A stretch of 64,000 nucleotides of DNA from Chthoniobacteraceae bacterium (GCA_031409655.1 JANNXQ010000235.1:1-64000), one strand, 5' to 3'. Shown: positions 16,719-28,493, counted from the first letter of the stretch. Program-made: numbers and translations. The notes: a model not told the origin generated them from the letters alone.

Positions 16719-18248
16719 ATGTCCGCCGCTTCCCACGCCCCACCAAACGTCGCTGCGCGTCGCCGCACCTTCCTCGTCTGCGCCGCTCTCGTCGCGCTCG
16801 TCATTGCCCTCTATTCCCGCGTCTTCCACGCCGAGTTCATCGACTTCGATGACAATAATCACGTTTTCGAAAACCCCATCGTCACCGGCGGCCTGAGCTG
16901 GGGTGCCATCGCCCACGCCTGCACCCATTTCATCGCCAGTCAGTGGATCCCGCTCTCGTGGCTCTCCCACATGCTCGATGTCCAGGTCTTCGGCCTCGAC
17001 CCCGGCCCGCATCATCTCGTGAACGTCGCCTTTCACGCCCTCAATAGCTGCCTCGTCCTCGCCGCTCTGCACGCCGTCACCCGCGAATTCTGGCCCAGCG
17101 CCGCCGTCGCCCTGCTCTTCGCCGTCCACCCCATCAATGTCGAATCCGTCGCCTGGATCGCCGAGCGCAAAAATCTACTCAGCACCAGCTTCTGGCTGCT
17201 CGCCATGTGCGCCTACGCCCGCCACGCCGCTGCCGCGCATGGCCGCTGGATGTGGGCCGTAGCTGGTGCCATGGCTCTCGGCCTCATGGCCAAACCGATG
17301 CTCGTCACGCTGCCCTTTGCCTTGCTGCTCCTCGACGCCTGGCCGCTCGGTCGCATCGGGCGCGTTCCGTGGTCCCGGCTGCTTTTGGAAAAGAGCGTGC
17401 TCTTCGTCCTCACCGCCGCTTCGTGTGCCTGCACTCTCGCCGCCGCCGCGCATTTCAATGCCCTCACCAGCGCCGGCACCTTCACCATCGCCGGACGCCT
17501 CGCCAATGCCGTCATCGGCTACGGCGCCTCCGCCGGTCACCTGCTCTGGCCAGCCGGCCTTGCCGCCCTTTATCCGATCAAGACTCATTACACCTTTCTG
17601 GAAGTGCTCCCCCACGCCCTCCTCCTCGCCGGACTGACCAGCGCCGCCTTTGCCCTCCGCCGCCGCGCCCCCGCCGCCCTCGTTGGCTGGCTCTGGTTCC
17701 TCGGCGTCCTCGTCCCCGTGAGCAGCGTCTTCCAGGTCGGCTCCCAGGCCTACGCCGACCGCTTCACCTACCTCCCGCAACTCGGCCTTTTCTGGGCCCT
17801 CGTCTGGACCGCCAAAATCCTCCCGCGCCCCGCCCTCCACTGGCTCCGTCCCGCCGCCGCCGTCGCCACCGCGGTCCTCGCCGTGCTCACCGTCCGCCAG
17901 GCCGCGCGCTGGATCGATACCGCCACCCTCTTTGAGCACAGCCTCCGCGTCACCGGCCCCAATGGCATCGGCTGCGCCATCGCCGGCATGGGCCGCGTGC
18001 GCCGCGGCGACTACCCCGCCGCCATCGCCCACTACCGTGCCGCGCAGCGCCTCATGCCCCACAGCTCCGACCTCCGCGGGCTCCTCGGCACCGCCCTCGC
18101 CCGCGACGGCCAGACCGCCGAAGCCATCCAGCAACTCGCCAGCTCCATCGCCCTCGAACCCCGCGACGAGCGCGTCCGGAAAAACCTCATCGCCCTCCTC
18201 GTCCAATCCGGCCGCGGCGAAGAAGCCGCCCGACTCCTGCCGCGGTAA
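16719..18248 (+). CDS. TMTC-like GT-C membrane glycosyltransferase with C-terminal TPRs
   Basis: FDD motif after TM1, W.PL.WLSHMLD, HP..VESVAWIAERK, ADRFTYLP, TPR-like C-terminus. Confidence 0.8.
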   Translation: MSAASHAPPNVAARRRTFLVCAALVALVIALYSRVFHAEFIDFDDNNHVFENPIVTGGLSWGAIAHACTHFIASQWIPLSWLSHMLDVQVFGLDPGPHHLVNVAFHALNSCLVLAALHAVTREFWPSAAVALLFAVHPINVESVAWIAERKNLLSTSFWLLAMCAYARHAAAAHGRWMWAVAGAMALGLMAKPMLVTLPFALLLLDAWPLGRIGRVPWSRLLLEKSVLFVLTAASCACTLAAAAHFNALTSAGTFTIAGRLANAVIGYGASAGHLLWPAGLAALYPIKTHYTFLEVLPHALLLAGLTSAAFALRRRAPAALVGWLWFLGVLVPVSSVFQVGSQAYADRFTYLPQLGLFWALVWTAKILPRPALHWLRPAAAVATAVLAVLTVRQAARWIDTATLFEHSLRVTGPNGIGCAIAGMGRVRRGDYPAAIAHYRAAQRLMPHSSDLRGLLGTALARDGQTAEAIQQLASSIALEPRDERVRKNLIALLVQSGRGEEAARLLPR

Positions 18249-18276
18249 GCTGGTCGTCCCGGCGACCGGGGTTTCT

Positions 18277-18389
18277 TGACCGCAAAGGAGCGAAGGAGCG
18301 AAGAGTAATGCAATGGGGGAAGGCACGCGCGGCATTCGCCCCAGAGTCAGACCTCTGAAACCTTCGCCGCTCCGCTGCTTCGCGGTTCA
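18277..18389. repeat. Second, more degenerate copy of the GCGAAGGA-octamer inverted repeat
   Basis: Left arm TGACCGCAAAGGAGCGAAGGAGCGAAG; right arm CTTCGCCGCTCCGCTGCTTCGCGGTTCA. Confidence 0.7.
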
Positions 18390-18485
18390 TTGCAAGTTTC
18401 CTTCGCAAGGCGTGGGCGGACTTTGCCAAAATCAGTGTTTCGCACGGCGGGTTTCGCGCGTTATCTAGGCGACCCTTTCTAATCT

Positions 18486-19640
18486 ATGAATATCACTCGC
18501 ACTGCCTACGGAACCTGGAGCGGAGGCCGCTTTATGCACTTTGGCGAACCGCTCGATGATGCGCGTTTCATCGGCGCCATTCGCCACGCTTACGAGAGTG
18601 GAATCCGCACTTTCATGACGGCGGATGTGTATGGCAATGGGGCAGCGGATGAGATGCTGGCGCGGGCGCTGGCCGGGGTGCCGCGGGCGAGCTACTGCCT
18701 GGTCGGGGCGATCGGGCATGATTTTTACAGCGGCCAGCGCGATGGCTCGAAGGGTTTCCCGCGCTTCACGCATCCGCAACTGCGGGCGAAGGGCGATTAC
18801 GCGAGCTATCTGCGGATGGCCACGGAGAAGTCCCTGGCGCGCTGTGGGGTGGAGGCGTTCGATTGTGTGCTGCTGCACAATCCGGACTCCATCGGCTACA
18901 CGAGCGATGCGGTGTGGAATGGGATGGAAAAGCTGCGCGAGGCGAAGCTCACCGAGCGCATCGGCATCGCCCCGGGGCCGGCCAATGGCTTCGCGCTCGA
19001 TCTCATCCTGAGCTTCGAGCGCTTCGGGCCGATCCTGGATTGGGCGATGATCATCCTGAATCCGCTGGAGCCGTGGCCGGGTTCGCTGTGCCTGGCGGCA
19101 GCGGAAAAGAACGAGGTCGAGCTGATCACGCGGGTGGTGGACTACGGCGGTCTTTTTCACGGGGACGTGAGGCCAGGGCACACCTTTGGCGAGCGGGATC
19201 ATCGGACGTTCCGACCGGCGGGTTGGGTGGAGGCGGGGACGGCGAAGCTGGACAAGATGAGGCCCATCGCCGAGCGGCACGGGATCTCGCTGTTGCAGCT
19301 TTCGTGTCTCTGGAATCTGAGCCATGCGCCGATCCACAGCGTGATCCCGACGATGATCCAGGAGGTCGGGGCAGGGGCGAAGCCAATCGAGGAGAAGATC
19401 TCGGATCTGGCTGCGCTCCCGGAGATCACCTTCAATCCCGATGAACTCGAGGAACTGCGCCGGATCGGCGACAATACCGGCTGCATGGAGCTGAAGGGCG
19501 GCAACCCCGGACACACCGGCGAGGCGCTGCCGGATCGCTGGAGTCTCACCAACGACCTCGCCCAAGTCGCCCAGCGCTGGCAAATCGAGCCGGGGCGGGA
19601 CTTGATCTGTACCCACGCCAAGACTCCCGTGGCGGCTTGA
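18486..19640 (+). CDS. Aldo/keto reductase
   Basis: YGTWSGG, TADVYGNG, SLARCGVEAFDCVLLHNP, VIPT motifs. Confidence 0.88.
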   Translation: MNITRTAYGTWSGGRFMHFGEPLDDARFIGAIRHAYESGIRTFMTADVYGNGAADEMLARALAGVPRASYCLVGAIGHDFYSGQRDGSKGFPRFTHPQLRAKGDYASYLRMATEKSLARCGVEAFDCVLLHNPDSIGYTSDAVWNGMEKLREAKLTERIGIAPGPANGFALDLILSFERFGPILDWAMIILNPLEPWPGSLCLAAAEKNEVELITRVVDYGGLFHGDVRPGHTFGERDHRTFRPAGWVEAGTAKLDKMRPIAERHGISLLQLSCLWNLSHAPIHSVIPTMIQEVGAGAKPIEEKISDLAALPEITFNPDELEELRRIGDNTGCMELKGGNPGHTGEALPDRWSLTNDLAQVAQRWQIEPGRDLICTHAKTPVAA

Positions 19641-19840
19641 TTCGCCGATTTGGGCCTTCGCAAACGGAAGGTTTTCGGCATCGACAAAGTTCCAATTGGC
19701 GGGAGTCCAGAGGCCCTGCGGCGTGCGTATTTTCAATCGTGCACGGCCTTGGGATTCAATCCTGCTCAAGAGTTGAAGGTGAAACCGCCTTTGATGTCTC
19801 TTAAACTAGGGTTAGCCTAACAATTGCCCCGCGCGCTCCC

Positions 19841-20479
19841 ATGCTGCGTCCTCACGAACTGCCCATTCACAAAATCGTCGATCACGGCGTGGGGGCCGTT
19901 TTTTTGCAGATGCACCACAATGGACGGATGCTCGTCCTGGCTCATGAGTACACCGGTCGCGGTCGGGATGGGACTCCCTACACCACGCTGCGGATGCCTT
20001 TTGGCAAAGGGAAGCCGGGGGAAAACATCGGCGCGACGCTCAATCGCGAGATGCTGGAGGAAGTGCCGGCCGATGCCGCGGACTTTGATTTTGAGATCCT
20101 TTCGCCCGCGCCGCTCTACTGGGAAGTGGTGCCCGACGATGAAACCGGCGATCGCACTCATCTGAAAGTGCTCTACCCGGCGCGGCATCGGGGAGGGAAG
20201 ATTCGTGATTTTGCGCGGGTGGATGATCCAGAGACGGACGACGAGGAGACGCATGGGCCGCTGCAATGGATCGAAGTGACGCGGCTGCTGACGCGGATGT
20301 GGAAGGAGAAATCGCCGCGGGTGCATCGGCTGGGCGTGGTCAGCGCGCTGATTTGGGCGGCGCGCCTGAATCCGAAGCTGGCCCGCTTTTACCAGCGCCT
20401 GCGCACGGACCGGCAGCGGGATGTGATCCATTTTGAGCCGTATCATCCGGTGGTGGCGGAGTATCTGGGGCGGGGCTGA
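19841..20479 (+). CDS. Divergent Nudix-fold protein
   Basis: GKGKPGE-NIGATLN-REMLEEVP fits Gx5Ex7REUxEE, with the final Gly replaced by Pro. Confidence 0.65.
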   Translation: MLRPHELPIHKIVDHGVGAVFLQMHHNGRMLVLAHEYTGRGRDGTPYTTLRMPFGKGKPGENIGATLNREMLEEVPADAADFDFEILSPAPLYWEVVPDDETGDRTHLKVLYPARHRGGKIRDFARVDDPETDDEETHGPLQWIEVTRLLTRMWKEKSPRVHRLGVVSALIWAARLNPKLARFYQRLRTDRQRDVIHFEPYHPVVAEYLGRG

Positions 20480-20539
20480 TTTTCGCCTGCCGGCCAGAAT
20501 CCCTTTGCCAGCCTTGCGCGGGTGGGGATACTGCGCGCG

Positions 20540-21790
20540 ATGAGCGCGCCGCTTGATTCTTCTGCCGAGTCCACCTCCGAGAAATCCGCCACGGCCATCA
20601 AGGCCCTGCTGCCCGCCGTGGTCGAGCAAGCGCCGAAGGAGGCCGTGGCCATGCTGGAGTCGTATCCGGATGAGTTTGTCGTCGGCATGCTCGAGCTGCT
20701 CAATCCCGCCATGACGCAGGATGTGCTCGCGCGTTTCCCCAGCACCCGCCGGCAAAAGCTCCTCGCCGCTGCCGCTCCCGCCGTGCGCAAGCAGTGGATG
20801 CAAAATGAGACTTTCGCCGAAGACACCATCGGCCGGGTGATGGAGCCGCCGCTCGCGGTGTACCGACCGGAGATGACGATCGGCGCGGTGACTGAAGAAC
20901 TGCGGCACCTCGTGAAGCGCGCCTTTATCACCTATGTCTTCGTGGCCGACGAAGGTGACCGCCTGGTCGGCGTCGTGGCCATGCGCGAGATGCTGCTCGG
21001 CAACCCCGCGCAGCCGCTCGCGGAAATCATGATCCCGAAGCCTTTTCACCTCACGCCGTCGATGCCGCTCGCTGACGCGATGAAGGAGACGATGCTCCGG
21101 CACTATCCAGTCTATCCGGTCTGCGACGCGGACGGGCGGCTGGTCGGCTTGGTGCGCGGGCAGATGCTCTTCGAGGCGCAGGCCGTGGAGTTGAGCGCGA
21201 TGCCGGGGTCCATGGTCGGTGTCGAGAAAGAGGAACGCCTGAGCACACCGTGGCCGCGGAGTCTGAAGTTCCGCCACCCGTGGCTGCAGCTCAATCTGCT
21301 CACGGCCTTCATCGCGGCGGGCGTCGTCGGGATCTTCGAGCACACCATCGACCGCATTGTTGTCCTCGCGGTCTTCCTGCCCGTGCTCGCAGGTCAATCC
21401 GGCAACACCGGCTGCCAGGCGCTCGCCGTAGCCTTGCGCGGCATGACCCTCGGCGAACTCAAAGCCGGCAAAGCGAAGCAACTGGTGGGCAAGGAAGCGC
21501 TGCTCGGATTTTTCAATGGCGCCTTCGTTGGCGTCACCGCCGGCCTCGGGATGTTTTTCTACGCGTCGATGCAGAACAATGCGAACGCGCTGATGCTGGC
21601 GGTCATCGTCCTCATCGCCATGACGGTGAGCTGCGTGCTCAGCGGCATCTCCGGCGCGCTCGTCCCACTCGCGCTGAAGCGCCTCGGCGCCGATCCCGCC
21701 ACCGCTTCCAGCATCTTCCTCACGACCGCCACGGACGTCGCCAGCATGGGCACCTTCCTCGGCCTGGCGACGTGGCTGATCCGGGCGTGA
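20540..21790 (+). CDS. mgtE: Magnesium transporter MgtE (CBS pair plus 5 TM)
   Basis: CBS domains, RHPWLQLNL, GQSGNTGCQ, ADPATASSIFLTTATD. Confidence 0.9.
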   Translation: MSAPLDSSAESTSEKSATAIKALLPAVVEQAPKEAVAMLESYPDEFVVGMLELLNPAMTQDVLARFPSTRRQKLLAAAAPAVRKQWMQNETFAEDTIGRVMEPPLAVYRPEMTIGAVTEELRHLVKRAFITYVFVADEGDRLVGVVAMREMLLGNPAQPLAEIMIPKPFHLTPSMPLADAMKETMLRHYPVYPVCDADGRLVGLVRGQMLFEAQAVELSAMPGSMVGVEKEERLSTPWPRSLKFRHPWLQLNLLTAFIAAGVVGIFEHTIDRIVVLAVFLPVLAGQSGNTGCQALAVALRGMTLGELKAGKAKQLVGKEALLGFFNGAFVGVTAGLGMFFYASMQNNANALMLAVIVLIAMTVSCVLSGISGALVPLALKRLGADPATASSIFLTTATDVASMGTFLGLATWLIRA

Positions 21791-21795
21791 GGCGG

Positions 21796-21965
21796 TGATC
21801 CTGTCATGCGTGGCGGCGACGAAAGCGGCGATGCCGAGGCGCAGATTCCTCGCCTGGCTTACCACGACGAAGTCCTCCACGTGGGTTACGGACTTCCGCA
21901 CCCACAGTCCCGCGACCACGGCCGCGAGGCGATAAAGTCCGATAGTGCTGGCCATCGACGGGCCA
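21796..21965 (-). pseudogene. Relic of the N-terminus of a sodium:solute symporter gene
   Basis: STIGLYRLAAVVAGLWVRKSVTHVEDFVVVSQARNLRLGIAAFVAAT resembles the SSS N-terminus (I.G.YL...GLWVRK.V...EDFLVAGR.....LGIAS..AT); preceded by an out-of-frame VDG and ends at the mgtE stop. Confidence 0.45.
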
Positions 21966-22217
21966 CGGGAGGTGTGCCACCGGGAGAGGAGAGGGGTGGA
22001 AGCTGAAGGGGGCGGGTGAACGCGCGCGGGCTTTTGCGGGTGGGGCCGACACCTGTAAAAAGCTCTGTAAACGTGGCAGGGTGTTCGGGTTAAAATTTTC
22101 CTAAAGAGAATTGACGTCGCCGGGCGTTTTCCCGGCCTCGATGGACAAACTTTTCTGGGTGAAAATCTCCCCTTCATGGCGGTCGATGAGAATTTTATCC
22201 GCGAGGCAAATTTTACC

Positions 22218-22245
22218 TTGCCTTTACAATTCCTGTTCCTAGTCT
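22218..22245 (+). promoter_or_regulatory. Candidate sigma70 promoter of the DUF1800 cluster
   Basis: TTGCCT-N16-TAGTCT in an AT-richer intergenic region about 220 nt upstream of the ATG. Confidence 0.35.
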
Positions 22246-22467
22246 CGGGTTCTGGGTGCGCTTCGCAGCACCTTTCCCCCGGTCATTCAGTCCACGAACA
22301 AAAACAGTCAATTCACGCCCAAAATCTACGGCTTTTTCTGACGTTTACCACCGCCCCCGCGAATTTTCTTCTAACGCTTTTCCCAGTTCCACGCTCACCG
22401 AAGTCCCATGCAGGTCGCAACTGCAAACCTTTGACTCCCAGCCTCTCCGGCAAACCCCATCAAGCCC

Positions 22468-25400
22468 ATGAACACCAATACCTCGCGTCTCCTCCGTTGG
22501 CTGCCGTGCCGTGCCCGTCTCGCGGTCGCGGCCCTCACCTCGCTGAGCATCCTCTGCCCGCTGCACGCCGCGATCGACTATTCACTCAACACTGACATCT
22601 GGAAGATGGTTTACGGGGTGACCGCTAGCCAAGCCGGCAACTCAGCGTGGCTCGCTGCGGATGACGATATGGACGGCCAAACCAATGGCAGGGAAATGGC
22701 CGCAGGCACGAACCCTTTCAAGGCGGGATCGACGATCAGCGTCACCGGATTGGCACCCAATGGTGCGAGCAACATGGACGTCTCCTTCGATACGGTGAAG
22801 GGCAAGCAGTACGTGGCGCAGTCGTCGCTGAGCCTGACGCCTCCGGCTTGGGGAAACGTGGGTTCGCCGGTCATCGGGACGGGATTCTCCATGACGATCA
22901 CGGTACCAAAAGCGCCGAACCCTTTCTACCGGGTCCTTGTGCAGGACGTGGACACCGACGGTGACCAAGTCAGTGACTGGGCAGAACGCGTCGCCGGGTT
23001 TGATCCTTCCACCGCGAACTCGAATGGCAGCCCAACAAACGATCACACCGCGCTGGCTGGCGGGGTGACGAGTTCCAATATCGTCACCGTTGCCGCGACC
23101 GACTACACCGCGACCCAATCGGCGAGCGCAGGCGTGGAGCCGGTCGATAGCGGGAAGGTCTCGGTTCGCCGCTCCGGCCCTCTCTTCTTCAATAGCATTA
23201 CGGTTCCCCTCCAAAAGGTCGGCACTGCGGTTGAAGGAACGGATTACAATTCTCTCCCCGCCTCCGTCACCTTCGCGCCCGACGCGTCCGAGGTGATTCT
23301 GGACGTGAAACCCAAGGCCAACGTGAACCGGAAAACGAACGTCACCGCGATTCTCAAGGCGCAAACGGGCCTCGGCTACACCCTCGGAGGTGCGACCAGC
23401 GGCAGCGTCGTCATTTTCCCGGCAGGGAATACCACCGGCACGGGATTGAGCGGTCGGTATCAGAATACTTCCAGTTTAACCTACTCTCCGACGCAGACCG
23501 ACATCTTTGCTGGCGCCGTGGAGATGACCCGCACGGACGCTACCGTGGACTTCTCAACCGGCTTTAATGGCTGGGGCTCAACGGCCGGGCCCACTGGCCT
23601 CTCGACTGCTTCCACAAACAACGCCTTCTCCGTTCGCTGGACCGGCCAAATCCTCCCGCAGTATTCCGAAACTTACTTCATTGATTTCCGGAGCGATGAT
23701 AGCGCCAAGGTCTGGGTTGACGGCAAGCTGCTCATCGACCGGTGGACCACCCAAGGTGCTGCGGATTACATCAATACGATCGATCTCCAGGCCGGGGTAC
23801 TCTATGACATCGTTATCGAATATTGGAACAACGCGGCGAGCACCACAGCCGAGGCAAAGCTCTACTGGTACAGCGCGAGCCAGGTAAAACAGATCATCCC
23901 GCAGAATCGCCTCTTCCCCGCTCCAGCCCTCGCCAGCAAGGTCACGGCGATCACCTCTTCACTGGAGGCCATTGGTTACGCTGGGACGCCCTTCAGTTTC
24001 TCCGTCACGAATCCAAACACTGGCGGCACCGTCACCTATGCCTTGGATGTAAATAGTGGGCCGCTTCCTCCTGGCCTAACGCTGAATGCGACGACGGGCA
24101 TCGTCGCTGGCACCCCGACGCTCGCCGGGGAGTATAATGTCGCAATTAACGCGACGAATACCGCCGCTGGCACGACTACCGGAAGCTCGACCGTAAATTT
24201 CACGATCTATCCCGTCGGCGGAGTCACCCGCGAGGTGCTCGCCGCGACCGGCAGTTCTGTCGGGAGTATCGTGATCCCGGGCGGAACGCCTCCGCACGAC
24301 ACGATTGCGATGGTTGACGACGATGCCGATTACGCGAACAACACCGGCGAGCGCCTCCGCGGCTATTTCGTGCCGCCAAAAACGGGTAACTATTACTTCT
24401 GGATCGCCGCCAACAACGCTGCCGAACTCTGGATCTCCACTGACGCAGAGTACGTCAACAAGGTCCGGCGCGCAGTCATCGCGTCGGCTGGCAGCGGCAA
24501 AAAGATTTGGAACGCTCAGCCATCGCAGCAGACCGAATGGCTCTACTTTATCGGCGGCAAAAAATACTACTTCGAAGTCCTGCATAACACTGGAACTGAC
24601 GCGGATGATCACGTCGCGATGGGTTGGTGCCAGGACGACATCGGAACCGTGCCTTCCGTCGTCGGCGCCGTGAATTCAACCGGGGCCACGCCCGTGATTC
24701 CAAATGGGGGAGCCGGGCTTCAGGGCTATCCGCTGAGCGGGACCGTTCCTGGGTATGCCTTCCAGCCCTACGATTATCCTGCGAACGTGGCTTCCACTGG
24801 CACCCTCTACGCTTGCAATCTCGGCCCGCAAGCCGCAGCCACCACATCCGCCAGCGGTTCCTCCAGCCTCCGCGTCGATGCCAGCGGCACCTTCGCGATG
24901 CTCAAGTTTGCCTATCAGGGACTTGGTTCGCCCAAGACCGCCTATCACCTCCATGTGGACGGGTACGACACCCATTCCCAAGGCGAAATCGTCTTCGATA
25001 TCGACGACGTGGATTCCTTCCATCCGGAGTTGATCGTCAATGGGGAATATCGCTGGGACTTCACGCCTGGTGGAACGTTCCCGTCCGCCGCATCCCTGCT
25101 CGACGCCATCCAACGCGGGAAGGTCTATCTCAATGTTCACTCAGTTCTTTTTCCTGCCGGTGAGATTCGCGGGACCTTTGGCTTGGTCGATGGTTCGCAG
25201 GCCCCCCCGAATCCCGCTGCTTATGTCGATCCCGGTGCTCCGGATGATCACGCCACCGATGCCGGCGCCGCTCGATTCCTCAATCAGGCAACTTTCGGTG
25301 CGAGTCCGAGCGACATCGCCTACGTCAAGGCGAATGGTTTCGCCGCTTGGATCGCCAATCAACTCACTCAGCCGAACAGTTCGACTTCCGCGGATGTCGT

Positions 25401-28400
25401 CGCCTTGCAGACCGCGGACGTCAATAACTTCTATCCTTCGGCGAACTTCGTGAATACGTGGTGGAAGAAAGCCATCACCGGCCCTGATCAATTGCGCCAG
25501 CGCCTCGCCTTCGCTCTGAGCGAAATCATGGTCATCTCCTACGCCAATGATACCGGCCCGCTCAGACAAAATGCCCGGGTCCTGGCCGACTACTACGATA
25601 ACCTCATCGACTTCAGTCTCCCAACTCCGGGCGTCACTGGCAGTGGCACCTACACGGGACTCTTGAAGGCGGTGAGCTTGACGCCCGCGATGGGCCTCTA
25701 CCTCGACATGCGCGCCAATCAATTGGAAGACAAGTCCATCGGACGTCATCCGAATGAGAACTATGCCCGTGAAATCATGCAGCTCTTCTCTGCCGGACTC
25801 TACTCGCTGTGGGACGACGGCAAGCTGAAACTCGATTCCAAAGCGGAGTTGATCCCGACTTACGGACAGGCGGAGATTCTGGGATTGGCCGCCACCTTCA
25901 CCGGATGGAACTATGCCCAGGCTCTCCAGTCGAGTGGCCGGCTGCCGACCAACTTTGGCCCTGGCGCCGATTATCTCAATCCCATGGTTCTCGTCCCGAC
26001 GCAGCACGAGCGCGCAAGCAAGGTTTTGCTGAACAACGTCGTTTTGCCGAGTGCTACCGGCCAGACGCCGAGAGTCTCCATTACGAGCGTCAGTGACACC
26101 AGTCCGTGTGTGGTCAATACTGCGACCGTTCATGGCTTGAAAGTCGGTGATACCGTGAAAGTCGCGAACGTCACTGGTGGAACTTTCAGCGCTTCGATTA
26201 ACGCGAGCCATGTTGTCACCGAAATTGTCGATGCCGATTCATTTAAGGTCGCGGTCAACTGCTCGGTGATCCCAACCAGCTACACCAATGCAGCGGTGAC
26301 CGGAGCTACCGTGGTCGGGACAGCTTATACGACTGCCGGCATCACGCCGATCCCCGGATCGCAGTCCGACAGCGCTGGCACGACGATCCCGCATCCTTAC
26401 GATCGGTTTGGTCTCACTGAACTCGCCAAGTCCCACGACAACATCGTGGCGAATGACAGTGTTCCTCCTTATATCTGCAAACAACTCATCCAGCGCTTGG
26501 TGACGAGCAATCCGAGCCCTGCCTACCTCTACCGCGTGGTTCAGAAGTTCCGGAACAATGGGTCCGGGGTGCGTGGAGACCTGGCAGCGGTTGTCACCCA
26601 GATCCTCCTGGATGGAGAAGCCCGTAATTCAGCAGCCGCGCAAGCATCCACGACTTACGGCAAACAGCGCGAGCCGCTCTTACGCGTCACCGGTCCAGCG
26701 CGCGGCTTTCCTGCCACACCCTACACTGGCACCTATACCCAGCTATCTGGGATTGATGCGAACAAGTTCCGGATCGTGACCTCGACGCCGAACGACTTCA
26801 GCGCCGGATTCACCGTCAGTCTGGATTTCAAAGGAAACTACGTTCCCGCAAACCAATCACTGTCTCCCTATAACAATCCGACGAGCACCGCCTACGCCAT
26901 CGCCTCGACTTTGGGAATTGCCGGTGTCGCGATCGGAGACCCTGCAACCGTCACGACCGTGGCCGATCACGGTTTGGCAACGGGCGACTCCGTCACCATC
27001 GCCAGCGTCAGTGGCGGCACGACCGCTCCATCGATCAATGCCACCTACCTGGTGACCGTGACCGGCCCGAATACCTTCACGGTTCCGGTCAATTGTTCAG
27101 CTCCGACGACCGCGAATACCGGAAATATCGTCGGCTCGAGTACGCTGACTGTGAATGCGACTGGGATCCAGACCGCGACCTACACCCAGGCGGCGGGAAG
27201 CAATATCCTGACGGTCAATACGGCAGGACCGCCAACCAACTCGACGGTTCTTGGGGCCGGTGCCACCTCCGCCTTCACGGCCGTTGCCCAAGTCAGCAAC
27301 CCGTGCATCCTCACGGCGACTGGGCATGGCCTTTTGACCGGGCAGAATGTTCTCATCAGTGGCATCACGGATGGTACATTTAGCCCGACCATCAATGCCA
27401 ACCTGATGGTGACCGTCATCGACGCGGATACCTTCACCGTGCCAGTGTCCTGCACCGCAGCGCCGGCAATGCTCGGCAGTTTTAGGCGGACCGCCAAGAG
27501 TCGGGTGTATATCGCGTTTCTTACTCAGACCAGTGTTGGTGGTGCCGCGATTGCCGCGGATGGCATCTACGATGTGCAAACAAACGGCAGCAACCTCTTC
27601 AACGTCACGACTGCGGACACGCCGGTCACGGCCCGAGGAGGTAACGTCATGATGCCGAAAATTGCGGCCAGTTACTCCGTCGAAAATTCGACGCTGGTTC
27701 GCTTCAACACCAATGTGAACCACAATCTGCAAGTCGGGCAGCACGTCTGGGTGGATACGCCCGTTCAGGGCGGGGCACCCGTGGATGGTCAATTTGCAGT
27801 CAGTGTGCTCACCGACGAAGACCACTTCAAGGTTCCTTATCCGCCGCTCTATCCAGCACCGAATGGCGCTTACTCGAATCCGAGCGGCAGCCAAAACGGC
27901 GTGACCATCTGGCCCTTGGTACCGCCGCCCACCGGGCGCTCTGGTGCCGTGAAAGTGAACCATGCAACCTTCGTCTGTAACGGCACGAACGGATCACTTT
28001 CGCAGACCCCCTTCAATGCGCCGACGGTCTTCAATTTCTTCTTCCCCGACTACAAGTACCCCGGGTCGCTCGCCAACAACAACCTCAACTCTCCTGAGTT
28101 CCAACTTAGCACCGATACGGACATCGTGAACTTGACGAATAGTCTCACGAACATGTTCATCGGCACCGGCGGCGGGAACAGCAACTTGAACGGCTTGAGC
28201 AGTTACAACAACGGCGGCGGTGCCATCGTCTTTGATATCGGGGAATTCATGACCGCGGCGAGAACCTCGAACGCTGGAATTCCGACGCTCATTGACGATC
28301 TTGCCAATCGGCTGGTCGGTGCTCCTCTCAACGCTGCGACGAAGACGGCGATTCAGGCCCTCGTCGCAAATACGGCCAACTTCCCTTACACCACGCCCAC

Positions 28401-28485
28401 TCCCACCAATCTGCAAATGCGGGACCGCGTCCGCGCCATCATCCATCAGATCACCGTCTCCGCCGAGTACGCAGTCCAGAAATAA
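22468..28485 (+). CDS. Large exported DUF1800-family protein with PA14, Ig-like and CHRD domains
   Basis: Signal peptide; DxDxDG repeats; two PA14-like domains ([27 protein letters not shown]); [36 protein letters not shown]1800 motifs [54 protein letters not shown]. Confidence 0.9.
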   Translation: MNTNTSRLLRWLPCRARLAVAALTSLSILCPLHAAIDYSLNTDIWKMVYGVTASQAGNSAWLAADDDMDGQTNGREMAAGTNPFKAGSTISVTGLAPNGASNMDVSFDTVKGKQYVAQSSLSLTPPAWGNVGSPVIGTGFSMTITVPKAPNPFYRVLVQDVDTDGDQVSDWAERVAGFDPSTANSNGSPTNDHTALAGGVTSSNIVTVAATDYTATQSASAGVEPVDSGKVSVRRSGPLFFNSITVPLQKVGTAVEGTDYNSLPASVTFAPDASEVILDVKPKANVNRKTNVTAILKAQTGLGYTLGGATSGSVVIFPAGNTTGTGLSGRYQNTSSLTYSPTQTDIFAGAVEMTRTDATVDFSTGFNGWGSTAGPTGLSTASTNNAFSVRWTGQILPQYSETYFIDFRSDDSAKVWVDGKLLIDRWTTQGAADYINTIDLQAGVLYDIVIEYWNNAASTTAEAKLYWYSASQVKQIIPQNRLFPAPALASKVTAITSSLEAIGYAGTPFSFSVTNPNTGGTVTYALDVNSGPLPPGLTLNATTGIVAGTPTLAGEYNVAINATNTAAGTTTGSSTVNFTIYPVGGVTREVLAATGSSVGSIVIPGGTPPHDTIAMVDDDADYANNTGERLRGYFVPPKTGNYYFWIAANNAAELWISTDAEYVNKVRRAVIASAGSGKKIWNAQPSQQTEWLYFIGGKKYYFEVLHNTGTDADDHVAMGWCQDDIGTVPSVVGAVNSTGATPVIPNGGAGLQGYPLSGTVPGYAFQPYDYPANVASTGTLYACNLGPQAAATTSASGSSSLRVDASGTFAMLKFAYQGLGSPKTAYHLHVDGYDTHSQGEIVFDIDDVDSFHPELIVNGEYRWDFTPGGTFPSAASLLDAIQRGKVYLNVHSVLFPAGEIRGTFGLVDGSQAPPNPAAYVDPGAPDDHATDAGAARFLNQATFGASPSDIAYVKANGFAAWIANQLTQPNSSTSADVVALQTADVNNFYPSANFVNTWWKKAITGPDQLRQRLAFALSEIMVISYANDTGPLRQNARVLADYYDNLIDFSLPTPGVTGSGTYTGLLKAVSLTPAMGLYLDMRANQLEDKSIGRHPNENYAREIMQLFSAGLYSLWDDGKLKLDSKAELIPTYGQAEILGLAATFTGWNYAQALQSSGRLPTNFGPGADYLNPMVLVPTQHERASKVLLNNVVLPSATGQTPRVSITSVSDTSPCVVNTATVHGLKVGDTVKVANVTGGTFSASINASHVVTEIVDADSFKVAVNCSVIPTSYTNAAVTGATVVGTAYTTAGITPIPGSQSDSAGTTIPHPYDRFGLTELAKSHDNIVANDSVPPYICKQLIQRLVTSNPSPAYLYRVVQKFRNNGSGVRGDLAAVVTQILLDGEARNSAAAQASTTYGKQREPLLRVTGPARGFPATPYTGTYTQLSGIDANKFRIVTSTPNDFSAGFTVSLDFKGNYVPANQSLSPYNNPTSTAYAIASTLGIAGVAIGDPATVTTVADHGLATGDSVTIASVSGGTTAPSINATYLVTVTGPNTFTVPVNCSAPTTANTGNIVGSSTLTVNATGIQTATYTQAAGSNILTVNTAGPPTNSTVLGAGATSAFTAVAQVSNPCILTATGHGLLTGQNVLISGITDGTFSPTINANLMVTVIDADTFTVPVSCTAAPAMLGSFRRTAKSRVYIAFLTQTSVGGAAIAADGIYDVQTNGSNLFNVTTADTPVTARGGNVMMPKIAASYSVENSTLVRFNTNVNHNLQVGQHVWVDTPVQGGAPVDGQFAVSVLTDEDHFKVPYPPLYPAPNGAYSNPSGSQNGVTIWPLVPPPTGRSGAVKVNHATFVCNGTNGSLSQTPFNAPTVFNFFFPDYKYPGSLANNNLNSPEFQLSTDTDIVNLTNSLTNMFIGTGGGNSNLNGLSSYNNGGGAIVFDIGEFMTAARTSNAGIPTLIDDLANRLVGAPLNAATKTAIQALVANTANFPYTTPTPTNLQMRDRVRAIIHQITVSAEYAVQK

Positions 28486-28493
28486 CCCATCGT

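Noticed and set aside
22440..22470. GGCAAACC as a possible c-di-GMP-I riboswitch
   Set aside because: The following GAAA-tetraloop stem and GACGCAAAGC element are absent.
21806..22595. Small ORFs between mgtE and the DUF1800 gene
   Set aside because: No motifs and atypical composition; better explained as a symporter relic plus promoter and leader sequence.
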